A DNA stretch of 64,000 nt from Prevotellaceae bacterium UBA4332 (GTDB lineage Bacteria; Bacteroidota; Bacteroidia; Bacteroidales; Bacteroidaceae), in assembly GCA_002394365.1 (NCBI GenBank), contig DGTQ01000017.1:188-64187 (forward strand), read 5' to 3'. Made by a program: the position numbers and the translations under genes. Shown here one piece after another: positions 27,411 through 36,013 of the stretch. How positions within the stretch are numbered: the first letter of the stretch is position 1; every line of letters begins with the position of its first letter. The notes under the pieces were generated by a model. That model was given only the letters and a program-made list of their open reading frames with translations, did not search any database and was not told the origin of the DNA.

Positions 27411-28856
27411 CTAATATTCGAAGCTGCTGCCACCAAGAAATTCACGCAATAATGACGTGGGTGGTATCTGTTCTTCCGACATCGGAGCCACGTGTCTGAG
27501 AAAACGTATCAGCCTTCGTGCCTCGCCGTAATATGGCGAATCATGGCTCACGCTGTTGAGCAGAGGTTCTGCCTGGGGTCTGAGCACGGCAAGTTCAAAC
27601 AGCAAGGCTGTATTGAACACGGCATCAGCATTCTCCTGGAAGGGGAATATCCACTTCTCCTCGCCCTGCCTTACCGACTGCCACTGCGCCAACGTCTTCT
27701 CTGCCGATGCACCACGATACTTGTGGTCACGCACCATACGTCGGAGCAGACGATTGTCGGTGGTAGGGATATAGTTGTGGTCATCAAGGGTTATCGTTGT
27801 AAGTGCCGAGGCATACAGCCTATACACCTGATGTTCTGGTATCTGTGCAGTGAGCTCGGGGTTCAGGGCGTGAATACCTTCTATAAGCAACACCTCGTTA
27901 GACGCGAGTTTTATCTTATTGCCCGACATCTCGCTCTTTCCTGTCTTGAAGTTATAGCGTGGCAATTCCACCTCTTCGCCGTTGATGAGGGCATTGATGT
28001 GCTTGTTGAACAATTCAAGGTTGAGGGCATAAATCGATTCGAAGTCGTGCTTGCCGTTCTCGTCTTTCGGTGTTGCATCACGATCGAGGAAATAGTCATC
28101 CATCGAGATGCTCACTGGCCTTATGCCGTTCACCAGCAATTGCACGGACAGACGCTTGCACGTAGTTGTCTTACCGCTGCTCGACGGACCAGCTATGAGT
28201 ATTATGCTCACGCTCTCTCTGTCGGCTATCTCGTCGGCTATCTCGGCAAGCCTCTTCTCCTGCATAGCCTCAAAAACCTTTATAAGCAATGACGACTTAC
28301 CTGCCTCAATAGCCTTGTTCAGCGTTCCCACGTTGCCTATGCCCATCATGTCCTGCCAGCGGTGGTACTTCATGAACTCAAAGAACATCTTGTCTTGTCT
28401 TATGAACTTACCCAGCTTGGTGGGGTCGTTCTCTGATGGCACACGCAGGAGCATACCATTAGCATACATCTCCAGCCCGAAGAGTTTAACCTCGCCCGTT
28501 CTTGGGAGCACATCGTCATAGAACGAGTCATTATAGCCCACGAGGGAGCAATAGCGCAACGTCTGGGTATCTACACTCTCCATAAGACGACGTTTTGACT
28601 CGTCGTCCTTAAATATTTCGAGCACCTTGTCCTTCGGCTTCTTGTGCATCTCTATCGGCAAGTCGGCATCTATAAGGGCACGCATCCTGTGGCGTATTTC
28701 ACCCACGTTGTCAGGACTCACCACCTCGCCAATGTCGGGTTCGCAATAATAACCGTTACTCACGGGGAACATTATCTTTATACTCCCCTTAGGATACAAA
28801 TCATGCACAGCCTTACACATGATAAGGAACAACGTGCGTATATACTCTCTTCTCAT
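27411..28856 (-). CDS. Nucleoside (uridine) kinase with ThrRS-like N-terminal region, N-terminally shortened
   Basis: IAGPSSSGKTT P-loop; ISMDDYF, IEGIHALNP, DNRLLRRMVRD, GEEKWIFPFQE, LLREFLGGSSFEY. Confidence 0.88.
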   Translation of the reverse strand: MRREYIRTLFLIMCKAVHDLYPKGSIKIMFPVSNGYYCEPDIGEVVSPDNVGEIRHRMRALIDADLPIEMHKKPKDKVLEIFKDDESKRRLMESVDTQTLRYCSLVGYNDSFYDDVLPRTGEVKLFGLEMYANGMLLRVPSENDPTKLGKFIRQDKMFFEFMKYHRWQDMMGIGNVGTLNKAIEAGKSSLLIKVFEAMQEKRLAEIADEIADRESVSIILIAGPSSSGKTTTCKRLSVQLLVNGIRPVSISMDDYFLDRDATPKDENGKHDFESIYALNLELFNKHINALINGEEVELPRYNFKTGKSEMSGNKIKLASNEVLLIEGIHALNPELTAQIPEHQVYRLYASALTTITLDDHNYIPTTDNRLLRRMVRDHKYRGASAEKTLAQWQSVRQGEEKWIFPFQENADAVFNTALLFELAVLRPQAEPLLNSVSHDSPYYGEARRLIRFLRHVAPMSEEQIPPTSLLREFLGGSSFEY

Positions 28857-28893
28857 AACTATTAATTATGAACTGTGAACTATGAACTGTGAA

Positions 28894-29601
28894 CTAATTA
28901 TGCACCAACGTACCAATCTCTTCTCCCTCCATCACCTTCTTCAGGTTGCCTACGATATCCATGTTGAACACATAGATAGGCAGGTTGTTCTGCATGCACA
29001 TGGCAGTAGCAGTCACATCCATCACCTTCAATCCCTTGGCTATCACGTCCTGATAGGTTATGTCGTGGAACTTCGTTGCAGTTGGGTCCTTCTCTGGGTC
29101 TGCTGTATATACGCCATCCACGCGAGTACCCTTCAGCATTACGTCTGCCTCTATCTCTATGCCACGCAATGAAGAACCCGTATCGGTAGTGAAATAAGGA
29201 TTGCCCGTACCTGCCGACATGATAACCACCATACCCTGCTTCATAGCCTCGATAGCCTTCCACTTGTTGTAAAACTCGCCTATCGGCTCCATGCGTATAG
29301 CCGTCAGCACTTTGGTCTTCTGACCGATCGCCTCGAGGGCTGATGACAAGCCGAGAGAGTTGATGACAGTAGCACACATGCCCATCTGGTCGCCCTTCAC
29401 ACGGTCGAAGCCTTTGCCTGCGCCAGACAGTCCGCGAAAGATGTTACCACCGCCTATCACGATACCAATCTCAACGCCCATGTCAGCTATTTCCTTTATC
29501 TGACGTGCATAGTCGTTAAGACGGTTTACGTCAATACCATAACCCTGTTCTCCCTGAAGGCTCTCGCCTGAAAGCTTCAGCAAAATTCTCTTAAACTTCA
29601 T
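28894..29601 (-). CDS. pyrH: UMP kinase
   Basis: RILLKLSGESL, VIGGGNIFRG, DQMGM.AT, GTGNPYFTTD, DGVYTADP. Confidence 0.97.
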   Translation of the reverse strand: MKFKRILLKLSGESLQGEQGYGIDVNRLNDYARQIKEIADMGVEIGIVIGGGNIFRGLSGAGKGFDRVKGDQMGMCATVINSLGLSSALEAIGQKTKVLTAIRMEPIGEFYNKWKAIEAMKQGMVVIMSAGTGNPYFTTDTGSSLRGIEIEADVMLKGTRVDGVYTADPEKDPTATKFHDITYQDVIAKGLKVMDVTATAMCMQNNLPIYVFNMDIVGNLKKVMEGEEIGTLVHN

Positions 29602-29641
29602 TGTTCTTCCTTTTTTATATTTTATTATCTGATTACCCTTA

Positions 29642-29833
29642 TTACTTCGATATTCCGATTACTCACACTATTCTGAGTTCCCCCTCCTTTCGGAGGGGTT
29701 AGGGGAGGCTATTAGAAGAGGTTTTTCTCCTTTCTTATTACTCCGATATTCCGATTACTCACACTATTCTGAGTTCCCCCTCCTTTCGGAGGGGTTAGGG
29801 GAGGCTATTAGAGAAGGTTTTTCACCTCCTTAA
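29642..29833. repeat. 96-bp tandem duplication covering the birA 3' end and a family-P hairpin
   Basis: TTACT(T/C)CGATATTCCGATTACTCACACTATTCTGAGTTCCCCCTCCTTTCGGAGGGGTTAGGGGAGGCTATTAGA at 29642 and 29738. Confidence 0.9.
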
Positions 29834-30536
29834 ACTCGTATTTTCGTTCTTCTCCCTCTTTTGTTCTTAGCGTGAGAATACCGTTAGCTGCCACCCTCAC
29901 AATCTCTGCCTCAAACACTCCGTCCTTGTCCTCGTAACGGTGGAAACCTGTTCTGCGATATAGTCTGGCATGGTAGGCACTCATGATTTCCTCCTTCCCA
30001 CCAGACTTCAGCACCCCTGCATAGTGCTCGAAACGCTCAAGCATCTTGTCCAATATCTCGTCTCGCGAATAGGTCTTGCCCGTTATCTGCTTCATCGACA
30101 CCGGATTTGGGGCAGTGCCTGTGAACACTTCCTGATTCACGTTTATCCCCGTACCTATTATCAGGTCCTGCAACCTGCTGCCCTGTATGTTGCCGTCTAT
30201 GCGCGTTCCGCTGAGTTTCTTGTCCTGCCAGTATATGTCGTTAGGCCATTTTATCGTTACCTCTCTCCCCTCCTCTCCCAGAAAGAGTACTATCGTCTCG
30301 TGTATGGCAAGTGCCTCAGCCATCGACATAAGATATTGCTCTGTTATGGGCAACCACTCTGGGTGTACTAATATGGAGAACAGCAGATTCTTGCCCGCTT
30401 CACTCTCCCACGTGTTGCTGCCCATGCCCTTACCTGCCGATTGGTAGTCGGTTACGGCGCAAACCTCCTGAGACGTTTTCAATCCCAGCAGGTAGTCGTT
30501 GGTTGAGCCTATGTTTTCAAGTCTGAGGACTTTCAT
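29808..30536 (-). CDS. birA: Biotin--[acetyl-CoA-carboxylase] ligase (no HTH domain)
   Basis: STNDYL, QSAGKGMGSNTWES, IKWPNDIY, KKLSG, IGTGINVNQ. Confidence 0.9.
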   Translation of the reverse strand: MKVLRLENIGSTNDYLLGLKTSQEVCAVTDYQSAGKGMGSNTWESEAGKNLLFSILVHPEWLPITEQYLMSMAEALAIHETIVLFLGEEGREVTIKWPNDIYWQDKKLSGTRIDGNIQGSRLQDLIIGTGINVNQEVFTGTAPNPVSMKQITGKTYSRDEILDKMLERFEHYAGVLKSGGKEEIMSAYHARLYRRTGFHRYEDKDGVFEAEIVRVAANGILTLRTKEGEERKYEFKEVKNLL

Positions 30537-30545
30537 AGTTACCAG

Positions 30546-31394
30546 TCACAAGTTACCAGTTATAAGTTCTTCAATCTTCCACTTCCGCAGGAAGTTACGT
30601 TCTTCCTCCTTTGCTTTCGCCAGGAAAGTTTTGTATTCCTCGCTGTCTGGATTAAAAGGACGATGGCTCAGTGCTTGCTTGATGGGTTGCCATTCTTTTT
30701 CCATCTGTTTTGCATCTTCGCCGAAGAACATTTCCTTAAATTGTTCATAGATGTAATCCACTGCCTGAGCGGATGGGTGAAGCATGTCTGGTTCATAGAA
30801 TCTATAGTCTCTTAGTTCGTCATTCATTATCTCGTAGGCAGGAAAATATTCCACGCCTTCCAACTCTTTTGTCAACACATCAGCCGCCAAGAGCAGCGTG
30901 GACTTCGACAGTCTGCTGCCATGAAAGCCGTACTTTGCGTAGCGTATAGGACTTACAGTCAGGATTACAGCTACCTCCCTCTCTTTTCCATCAGCAGCGG
31001 TTCTCAGCCTCCCTATTGCCTTTTTGAGGTAAGCCACACAATCATCCACCGTCAACTCCTTTTCTTCAAACAACCGTTGCGGTCTCTTTTGACAGTTATC
31101 TACTATCTCCCCCGTTGCCTTCTCTATGTAAACATGATTAGTTCCGAGCGTGAATACTGCAATAAACCTACCCCCATCCCCTCCCAAAGAGGAGGGGAGA
31201 CGAGATACTGTGTGGTAGATGCTGGCTGGGTTATACATTACCCCATAGGGATTAACAACAGCCCTAAACCTATTGTCTATGAAGCGGTTGCCTATATTGT
31301 CGGCGAAGCAAGACCCTACAAACAGCATCCTGTCCGCAGGCTTTATCTCTATAGCCGATTTCCCTATTTCTACTTTTGTCTGTAGCTTCATCAT
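30546..31394 (-). CDS. GSCFA-domain protein
   Basis: VGSCFADNIG, NPYGVMYNPASI, FTLGT, LTVSPIRY, YFPAYEIMNDELRDYRFY..DMLHP; real start MMKLQT (31394/31391), upstream ORF extension is repeat DNA. Confidence 0.88.
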   Translation of the reverse strand: MMKLQTKVEIGKSAIEIKPADRMLFVGSCFADNIGNRFIDNRFRAVVNPYGVMYNPASIYHTVSRLPSSLGGDGGRFIAVFTLGTNHVYIEKATGEIVDNCQKRPQRLFEEKELTVDDCVAYLKKAIGRLRTAADGKEREVAVILTVSPIRYAKYGFHGSRLSKSTLLLAADVLTKELEGVEYFPAYEIMNDELRDYRFYEPDMLHPSAQAVDYIYEQFKEMFFGEDAKQMEKEWQPIKQALSHRPFNPDSEEYKTFLAKAKEEERNFLRKWKIEELITGNL

Positions 31395-31398
31395 GTGC

Positions 31399-31514
31399 AA
31401 AGTTACTAAAACGAGAGCAAAGCACAAAAGAAATTTATTTATTTTTGTTTTGCCGAGTGCAGATAACTTATTTAAAGTTACTAAAACGAGAGCAAAGCAC
31501 AAAAGAAATTTATT
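31399..31514 (-). repeat. 41-bp direct repeat (31399-31439, 31474-31514), part of a promoter-carrying repeat also present at 23168-23242(+)
   Basis: AAAGTTACTAAAACGAGAGCAAAGCACAAAAGAAATTTATT twice; shared CACTCGGCA...AAAATAAATAAATTT...GTAACTTTGCAC. Confidence 0.8.
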
Positions 31515-31563
31515 GATATTCATCAAAAAACCACACAAAAACCGAATAAAAGCACAACAACGT

Positions 31564-31594
31564 TTTGTGTGTACGCACACAATTTGTAACTTTG
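31564..31594 (+). promoter_or_regulatory. Sigma-A promoter for the PCMD/porin operon with an 18-bp palindrome in the spacer
   Basis: TTTG-N19-TAACTTTG; TTGTGTGTACGCACACAA at 31565-31582. Confidence 0.75.
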
Positions 31595-31599
31595 CAACA

Positions 31600-31693
31600 G
31601 GTTCCAACCTCAATAGGATAGAAAACAAAGAAAAGCATAGAAAAGGAAAAGGATAAAAAGAAAGGTTCATCTCGCGATGAGATGGACTTTTTT
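31600..31693 (+). ncRNA. Candidate short purine-rich transcript or attenuated leader upstream of the PCMD operon
   Basis: Promoter TTTG-N19-TAACTTTG (31564-31594) followed about 65 nt later by a 12-bp hairpin plus T-run ending 30 bp before the PCMD ATG. Confidence 0.4.
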
Positions 31694-31722
31694 AGTAAAA
31701 AGAACAAAACATTCAACAAACT

Positions 31723-32919
31723 ATGAAATTAAAAAACAAAAATTCCATTTGTACTATGTTGATATTCCTTGCGGCATTCACGTGCATGACATCATGCATC
31801 AAGGACGAAGCTGCCAACAAGGAGTGTGACATCATCGGTGCGCGAGTAGTAGGTGACGAATATGCTCAATATTTCAGCGAGCAGAGCAAGATGAGCATAA
31901 CAGACATCACATCTACCGAGTCAACCATCTCTTTTGAACTGCGCCCACTGGCATCCTTACCTAATCAGCTGCCAGTAGCCTTCGACCTCACCCCTGGTGC
32001 CACCATAGAGCCAGCCAACGGCTCCATGCAAGACTTCACCAATGGACCTGTTACCTATACCGTTACGTCGGAGGACGGAGAGTGGCATCGCATTTACAAG
32101 GTGGAATTCAAGGAACCCGTCCTGCCATCCTTCACCTTCAGTTTTGAGAACGTAGATATATCTGAAAAGACAACTGCAGGAAATCAATATAACATCTTTT
32201 ACGAAAAACATCCGACAACAGGCGAGCGGTTAAACATCTGGGCATCTGGCAATGAGGGGGCATCCATGATATTTACATACAAGGGACCAGAAGTCTTCCC
32301 TACCCACTCTACGGAGCAAGGATATAAGAACAAGGGCGTATGCCTGACCACTATCTATGCTGGAGATATGGGCAAGGCGTTTAAACGACCTATTGCCGCA
32401 GGAAGTCTTTTCCTCGGCAAATTCGACATAAACAAAGTTCTTACCGATGCTTTGAAGGCTACACGCTTTGGAATACCTATCAACCGTGTGCCATTAAAGG
32501 TCACAGGCTACTATAAATACAAGCCTGGCGCAGAGTTCACCGACAAGGATATGAAAATCGTATCAGGACGCACTGATGAAGCAAGCATCTATGCCGTGCT
32601 CTACAAGAACAAGGACTCTCAGGGCAATGACTACTACATTTATGGTGCCGAGGTGGCAGACCTTGACAACATGCTGAGCAACCCACAAATAATCAGAGTA
32701 GCAAGAGTAAGCACACTGCCCCCAACTGATGAGTGGTCACGCTTTGAGATGCTCTTTGACGGCAAGGAAGTGGATGCCCAGATAGCAAAGAACAAAGGAT
32801 ACAACTTGGCACTCGTATTCTCATCAAGCAAGAGCGGAGCACAGTTTGAGGGTGCCATAGGCAGTACACTCTATGTGGATGAAGTAGAAGTATTATTTGA
32901 AAAGGAGGAAGAAAAATGA
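31723..32919 (+). CDS. PCMD (putative carbohydrate metabolism domain) lipoprotein
   Basis: Lipobox MTSC; DFTNGPVTYTVTSEDG; WASGNEG, IAAGSLFLGKF, TRFGIP, GYYKYKPG, GAIGSTLYVDEV. Confidence 0.85.
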   Translation: MKLKNKNSICTMLIFLAAFTCMTSCIKDEAANKECDIIGARVVGDEYAQYFSEQSKMSITDITSTESTISFELRPLASLPNQLPVAFDLTPGATIEPANGSMQDFTNGPVTYTVTSEDGEWHRIYKVEFKEPVLPSFTFSFENVDISEKTTAGNQYNIFYEKHPTTGERLNIWASGNEGASMIFTYKGPEVFPTHSTEQGYKNKGVCLTTIYAGDMGKAFKRPIAAGSLFLGKFDINKVLTDALKATRFGIPINRVPLKVTGYYKYKPGAEFTDKDMKIVSGRTDEASIYAVLYKNKDSQGNDYYIYGAEVADLDNMLSNPQIIRVARVSTLPPTDEWSRFEMLFDGKEVDAQIAKNKGYNLALVFSSSKSGAQFEGAIGSTLYVDEVEVLFEKEEEK

Positions 32920-33674
32920 AATACAAGATATCAATTATAGCCACACTGTTGGCACTCTTCATGCCTACCTCGTCTGAGGCAGAAACATTTGCAAAAGACC
33001 TTCAATTTAAATTCCGTATGGGTTACAGCATTGGCGCTACGGCTCCAATAGGACTGCCTGAGACCATTCGCAGCATTGACAGATTTGCTCTCACACCATC
33101 TGTATTTGCGGGTATCGACATACAGAAACCCATTTACGGCAAATGGGGCATTCTTACAGGCATACACTTTGAGAACAAAGCTATGGACGGCGATGTAACC
33201 GCCAAGGCTTACCACATGGAGTTGCGCAAAGGCGACTCGCAACTGGAAGGTCTCTTCACTGGTAAAGTACACCAAGAAGTAACAATGGTGATGTTCACGC
33301 TACCCGTTCAGGCAACCTATACTTTCAATAACAAACTGCAGATAAAGGCAGGTCCATATTTCTCACTCGTTGCAAGCAAAGACTTTGACGGCATAGCCTC
33401 AAATGGTTATCTAAGACAAAGTTCACCGACAGGCGCCAAAATAGAGATAGGCAACAAAGAAGGGGAATGGGCAACCTACGATTTCAGCGATGACATGCGC
33501 GATTTTCAGGTTGGTATGGGTATAGGTCTTGATTGGGACTTCTATCGCAATCTGGGACTCTCTGTAGATCTTAACTGGGGTTTGAATGGCATATTCAAAA
33601 AAGACTTCAAGACTGTTGAAGATACCCTCTACCCCATCTATGGCACCATAGGCTTCTACTACCACCTGAAGTAG
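32916..33674 (+). CDS. Outer-membrane beta-barrel (porin/PorT-like family) co-transcribed with PCMD gene
   Basis: Signal peptide; alternating beta strands; C-terminal YPIYGTIGFYYHL; 4-bp overlap with PCMD stop. Confidence 0.75.
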   Translation: MKYKISIIATLLALFMPTSSEAETFAKDLQFKFRMGYSIGATAPIGLPETIRSIDRFALTPSVFAGIDIQKPIYGKWGILTGIHFENKAMDGDVTAKAYHMELRKGDSQLEGLFTGKVHQEVTMVMFTLPVQATYTFNNKLQIKAGPYFSLVASKDFDGIASNGYLRQSSPTGAKIEIGNKEGEWATYDFSDDMRDFQVGMGIGLDWDFYRNLGLSVDLNWGLNGIFKKDFKTVEDTLYPIYGTIGFYYHLK

Positions 33675-33702
33675 TCTCACACACAACGGACAAATACCGA
33701 TG

Positions 33703-33738
33703 AAAGGTTCGTCTCTTGACGGGATGAACCTTTTTTTT
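33703..33738 (+). terminator. Intrinsic terminator after the porin gene
   Basis: AAAGGTTCGTCTC / GGGATGAACCTTT stem plus T8. Confidence 0.85.
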
Positions 33739-33810
33739 ATGTGTTTACTTGTCAAATCAAATTATTCTTCGTACATTTGCAAGCACTTCAAACGAAAACA
33801 GACAAAAACT

Positions 33811-34743
33811 ATGGCTAACAGAATAAAGGAAATTTTCGGAATAGAGCAGCCTGTCATTGCTGGCGGCATGGCATGGTGTAGCGGCTGGAGACTGGCAGCA
33901 GCAGTGAGTAACGCAGGTGGACTGGGCTTGATAGGCGCAGGCACGATGAGCGTCGATTTGCTTCGCGAACATATACAGAAGGTTAAAGCAGCTACCAGCA
34001 AGCCCTGGGGCATAAACCTCCCACTGATGTATCCGCAGATAGACACCCTTATCGACATGATAATAGAGGAAGGCTGCAAAATAATCTTCACATCAGCAGG
34101 CAGTCCGAAGAAATACACACAGAAATTCCATGAGGCAGGCATGACCGTAGCCCATGTAGTCAGCTCGAGCAAGTTTGCCAGGAAATGCGAGGAAGCAGGA
34201 GTTGACGTAGTAGTGGCTGAAGGTTTTGAAGCAGGAGGACACAATGGCAAGGAGGAGACAACCACCATGTGTCTTATACCACAGGTACGCAAGGCAACTA
34301 CCCTACCCCTCATCGCTGCTGGCGGCATAGCCTCAGGCGCAGCTTGTCTTGCAGCTCAGGTACTCGGTGCTGAGGGTGTGCAGATAGGCACCCTGTTTGC
34401 ATTAAGTGAGGAAAGCAGCGCACACGAGAATTTCAAGAAGGCGTGTACCTCTCTGGAAGAGGGCGACACTATGCTCTGTCTGAAAAAACTTTCCCCATCA
34501 CGTTTGGTGAAGAACGGTTTATACACACGTCTTGCTGAAGCAGAAGCAAGAGGGGCGGATGTTCCCGAACTACTTGAGATTCTCGGCGAGAAAGCCACCC
34601 GTCGCGGCATCTTCGATGGCGATATCGAAGGTGGTGAAATGGAGATTGGCCAGATAACCAGCGCCATCAAAACCGTAGAGCCAGTCAGCGTGATAATGGA
34701 AAGGCTTATTAAAGAGTATAATGAAGCAAAAGCCTCATTATAA
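33811..34743 (+). CDS. FMN-dependent nitronate monooxygenase / FabK-like enoyl-ACP reductase
   Basis: GGMAW, AVSNAGGLGLIG, KPWGINL, VAEGFEAGGHNG, IAAGGIASG, GVQIGT, EIGQ; start at MANRIK. Confidence 0.85.
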   Translation: MANRIKEIFGIEQPVIAGGMAWCSGWRLAAAVSNAGGLGLIGAGTMSVDLLREHIQKVKAATSKPWGINLPLMYPQIDTLIDMIIEEGCKIIFTSAGSPKKYTQKFHEAGMTVAHVVSSSKFARKCEEAGVDVVVAEGFEAGGHNGKEETTTMCLIPQVRKATTLPLIAAGGIASGAACLAAQVLGAEGVQIGTLFALSEESSAHENFKKACTSLEEGDTMLCLKKLSPSRLVKNGLYTRLAEAEARGADVPELLEILGEKATRRGIFDGDIEGGEMEIGQITSAIKTVEPVSVIMERLIKEYNEAKASL

Positions 34744-34745
34744 AT

Positions 34746-34833
34746 CACTATAGGAACTATAACTACTATAGCCACTATAGCTACTATAGCTACTATAGGA
34801 ACTATAGCTACTATAACTACTATAGCCACTATA
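34746..34833 (+). repeat. 9-bp tandem repeat (ACTATAG(C/G)N) x ~10 between fabK-like gene and lptB
   Basis: Direct reading; no unique spacers. Confidence 0.9.
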
Positions 34834-34849
34834 AAAAAAAGAAAAGACA

Positions 34850-35590
34850 ATGTCAGAACTCAGAAGCGAAGGCTTAGTAAAGATATACGGCAAGCGAACA
34901 GTGGTAAACGATGTCTCGTTTAACGTTAGGCAAGGTGAAATTGTTGGCTTGCTCGGTCCTAATGGTGCAGGCAAGACGACGTCATTCTATATGACAACAG
35001 GTTTGGTCGTGCCCAATGCAGGTCATGTATTCATCGACGACCAAGAGATAACCTCCATGGCTGTGTATGAACACGCGCGTCATGGTGTGGGCTATCTGCC
35101 ACAGGAAGCGAGCGTATTCCGCAAGATGTCGGTAGAAGACAACATAATGTCCGTACTCGAGATGACGGGCAAGCCCAAGGCATACAGAGAGGAGAAATTA
35201 GAGAGCCTCATCAACGAGTTCTCCTTGCAGAAGGTACGCAAGAATCTCGGCGACCGTCTCTCTGGTGGAGAGCGCCGACGCACAGAGATAGCACGCTGTC
35301 TGGCTATCGAGCCTAAGTTTATCATGCTTGACGAACCCTTTGCTGGTGTTGATCCTATTGCAGTAGAAGAGATACAGAATGTAGTGTGGCACCTCAAGCA
35401 TCGCAATATCGGCATACTCATCACCGACCACAACGTACACGAGACACTCAATATCACCGACCGCGCCTACCTTTTGTTTGAAGGCAGAATACTCTTCCAC
35501 GGCACACCTGACGAACTTGCAGCCAACCAGATAGTAAAAGAAAAGTACCTCGGCACCAACTTCGTCTTGCAGAAGAAAGTTTTTGACTAA
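34850..35590 (+). CDS. lptB: LPS export ABC transporter ATP-binding protein
   Basis: [57 protein letters not shown]. Confidence 0.95.
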   Translation: MSELRSEGLVKIYGKRTVVNDVSFNVRQGEIVGLLGPNGAGKTTSFYMTTGLVVPNAGHVFIDDQEITSMAVYEHARHGVGYLPQEASVFRKMSVEDNIMSVLEMTGKPKAYREEKLESLINEFSLQKVRKNLGDRLSGGERRRTEIARCLAIEPKFIMLDEPFAGVDPIAVEEIQNVVWHLKHRNIGILITDHNVHETLNITDRAYLLFEGRILFHGTPDELAANQIVKEKYLGTNFVLQKKVFD

Positions 35591-35647
35591 TACTTCGATA
35601 CCTCGATATAACAATACAACGAGGTATCAACATAAGAAACCACAAAT

Positions 35648-35686
35648 GAAAAATGCTCCAAGAGTCTCACGACTGTTGGAGCATTT
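35648..35686. terminator. Terminator shared by lptB (+) and the candidate sRNA (-)
   Basis: AAATGCTCCAA / TTGGAGCATTT 11-bp stem; T-run is stronger on the minus strand. Confidence 0.8.
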
Positions 35687-35977
35687 AAAGTATGTTTAAC
35701 TAAAACCTTTTCTAAAAAACAAGGAACATCTCGCGATGTATCCTATGTGTTATCCAAGAGCTAAACAATCTTTTCTAACCTAATAACTAAAACCTAAATC
35801 TATTATATATCTACTAACCTAAACAATATCTACTTTTTGATTCTTTTTTGATATCCCTTTTTACAATCTTTCTACCTAACTTCGCTAAGCCTAAAGCTGT
35901 ATATTATTTCTACTAACCTAAACAATCTTTGCTTTTATACTTTTTGATAGCCTCAAGGAGGTTTATTTCCTTTTGAC
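35648..35977 (-). ncRNA. Candidate ~330-nt small RNA with repeated AUUGUUUAGGUUAGUAGA motifs
   Basis: Consensus promoter TTTG-N20-TACCTTTG (36013-35982) on the minus strand, ORF-free C-poor body, intrinsic terminator 35686-35648. Confidence 0.7.
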
Positions 35978-35981
35978 GATG

Positions 35982-36013
35982 CAAAGGTACTGCGAATAAA
36001 CTGTGTGCGCAAA
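35982..36013 (-). promoter_or_regulatory. Sigma-A promoter driving the candidate sRNA
   Basis: TTTG-N20-TACCTTTG. Confidence 0.8.

Noticed and set aside
31395-31670. N-terminal extension of the GSCFA ORF with a duplicated FLLCFALVLVTL peptide
   Set aside because: It is translated repeat and promoter DNA; the -7 box sits right before MMKLQT. Similar over-extended starts were rejected at 4945, 23209, 33700 and 60332.
34746-34833. CRISPR array (also considered for 34-120, 2332-2460, 37138-37210)
   Set aside because: Units are 7-21 bp and contiguous, with no unique spacers and no cas genes.
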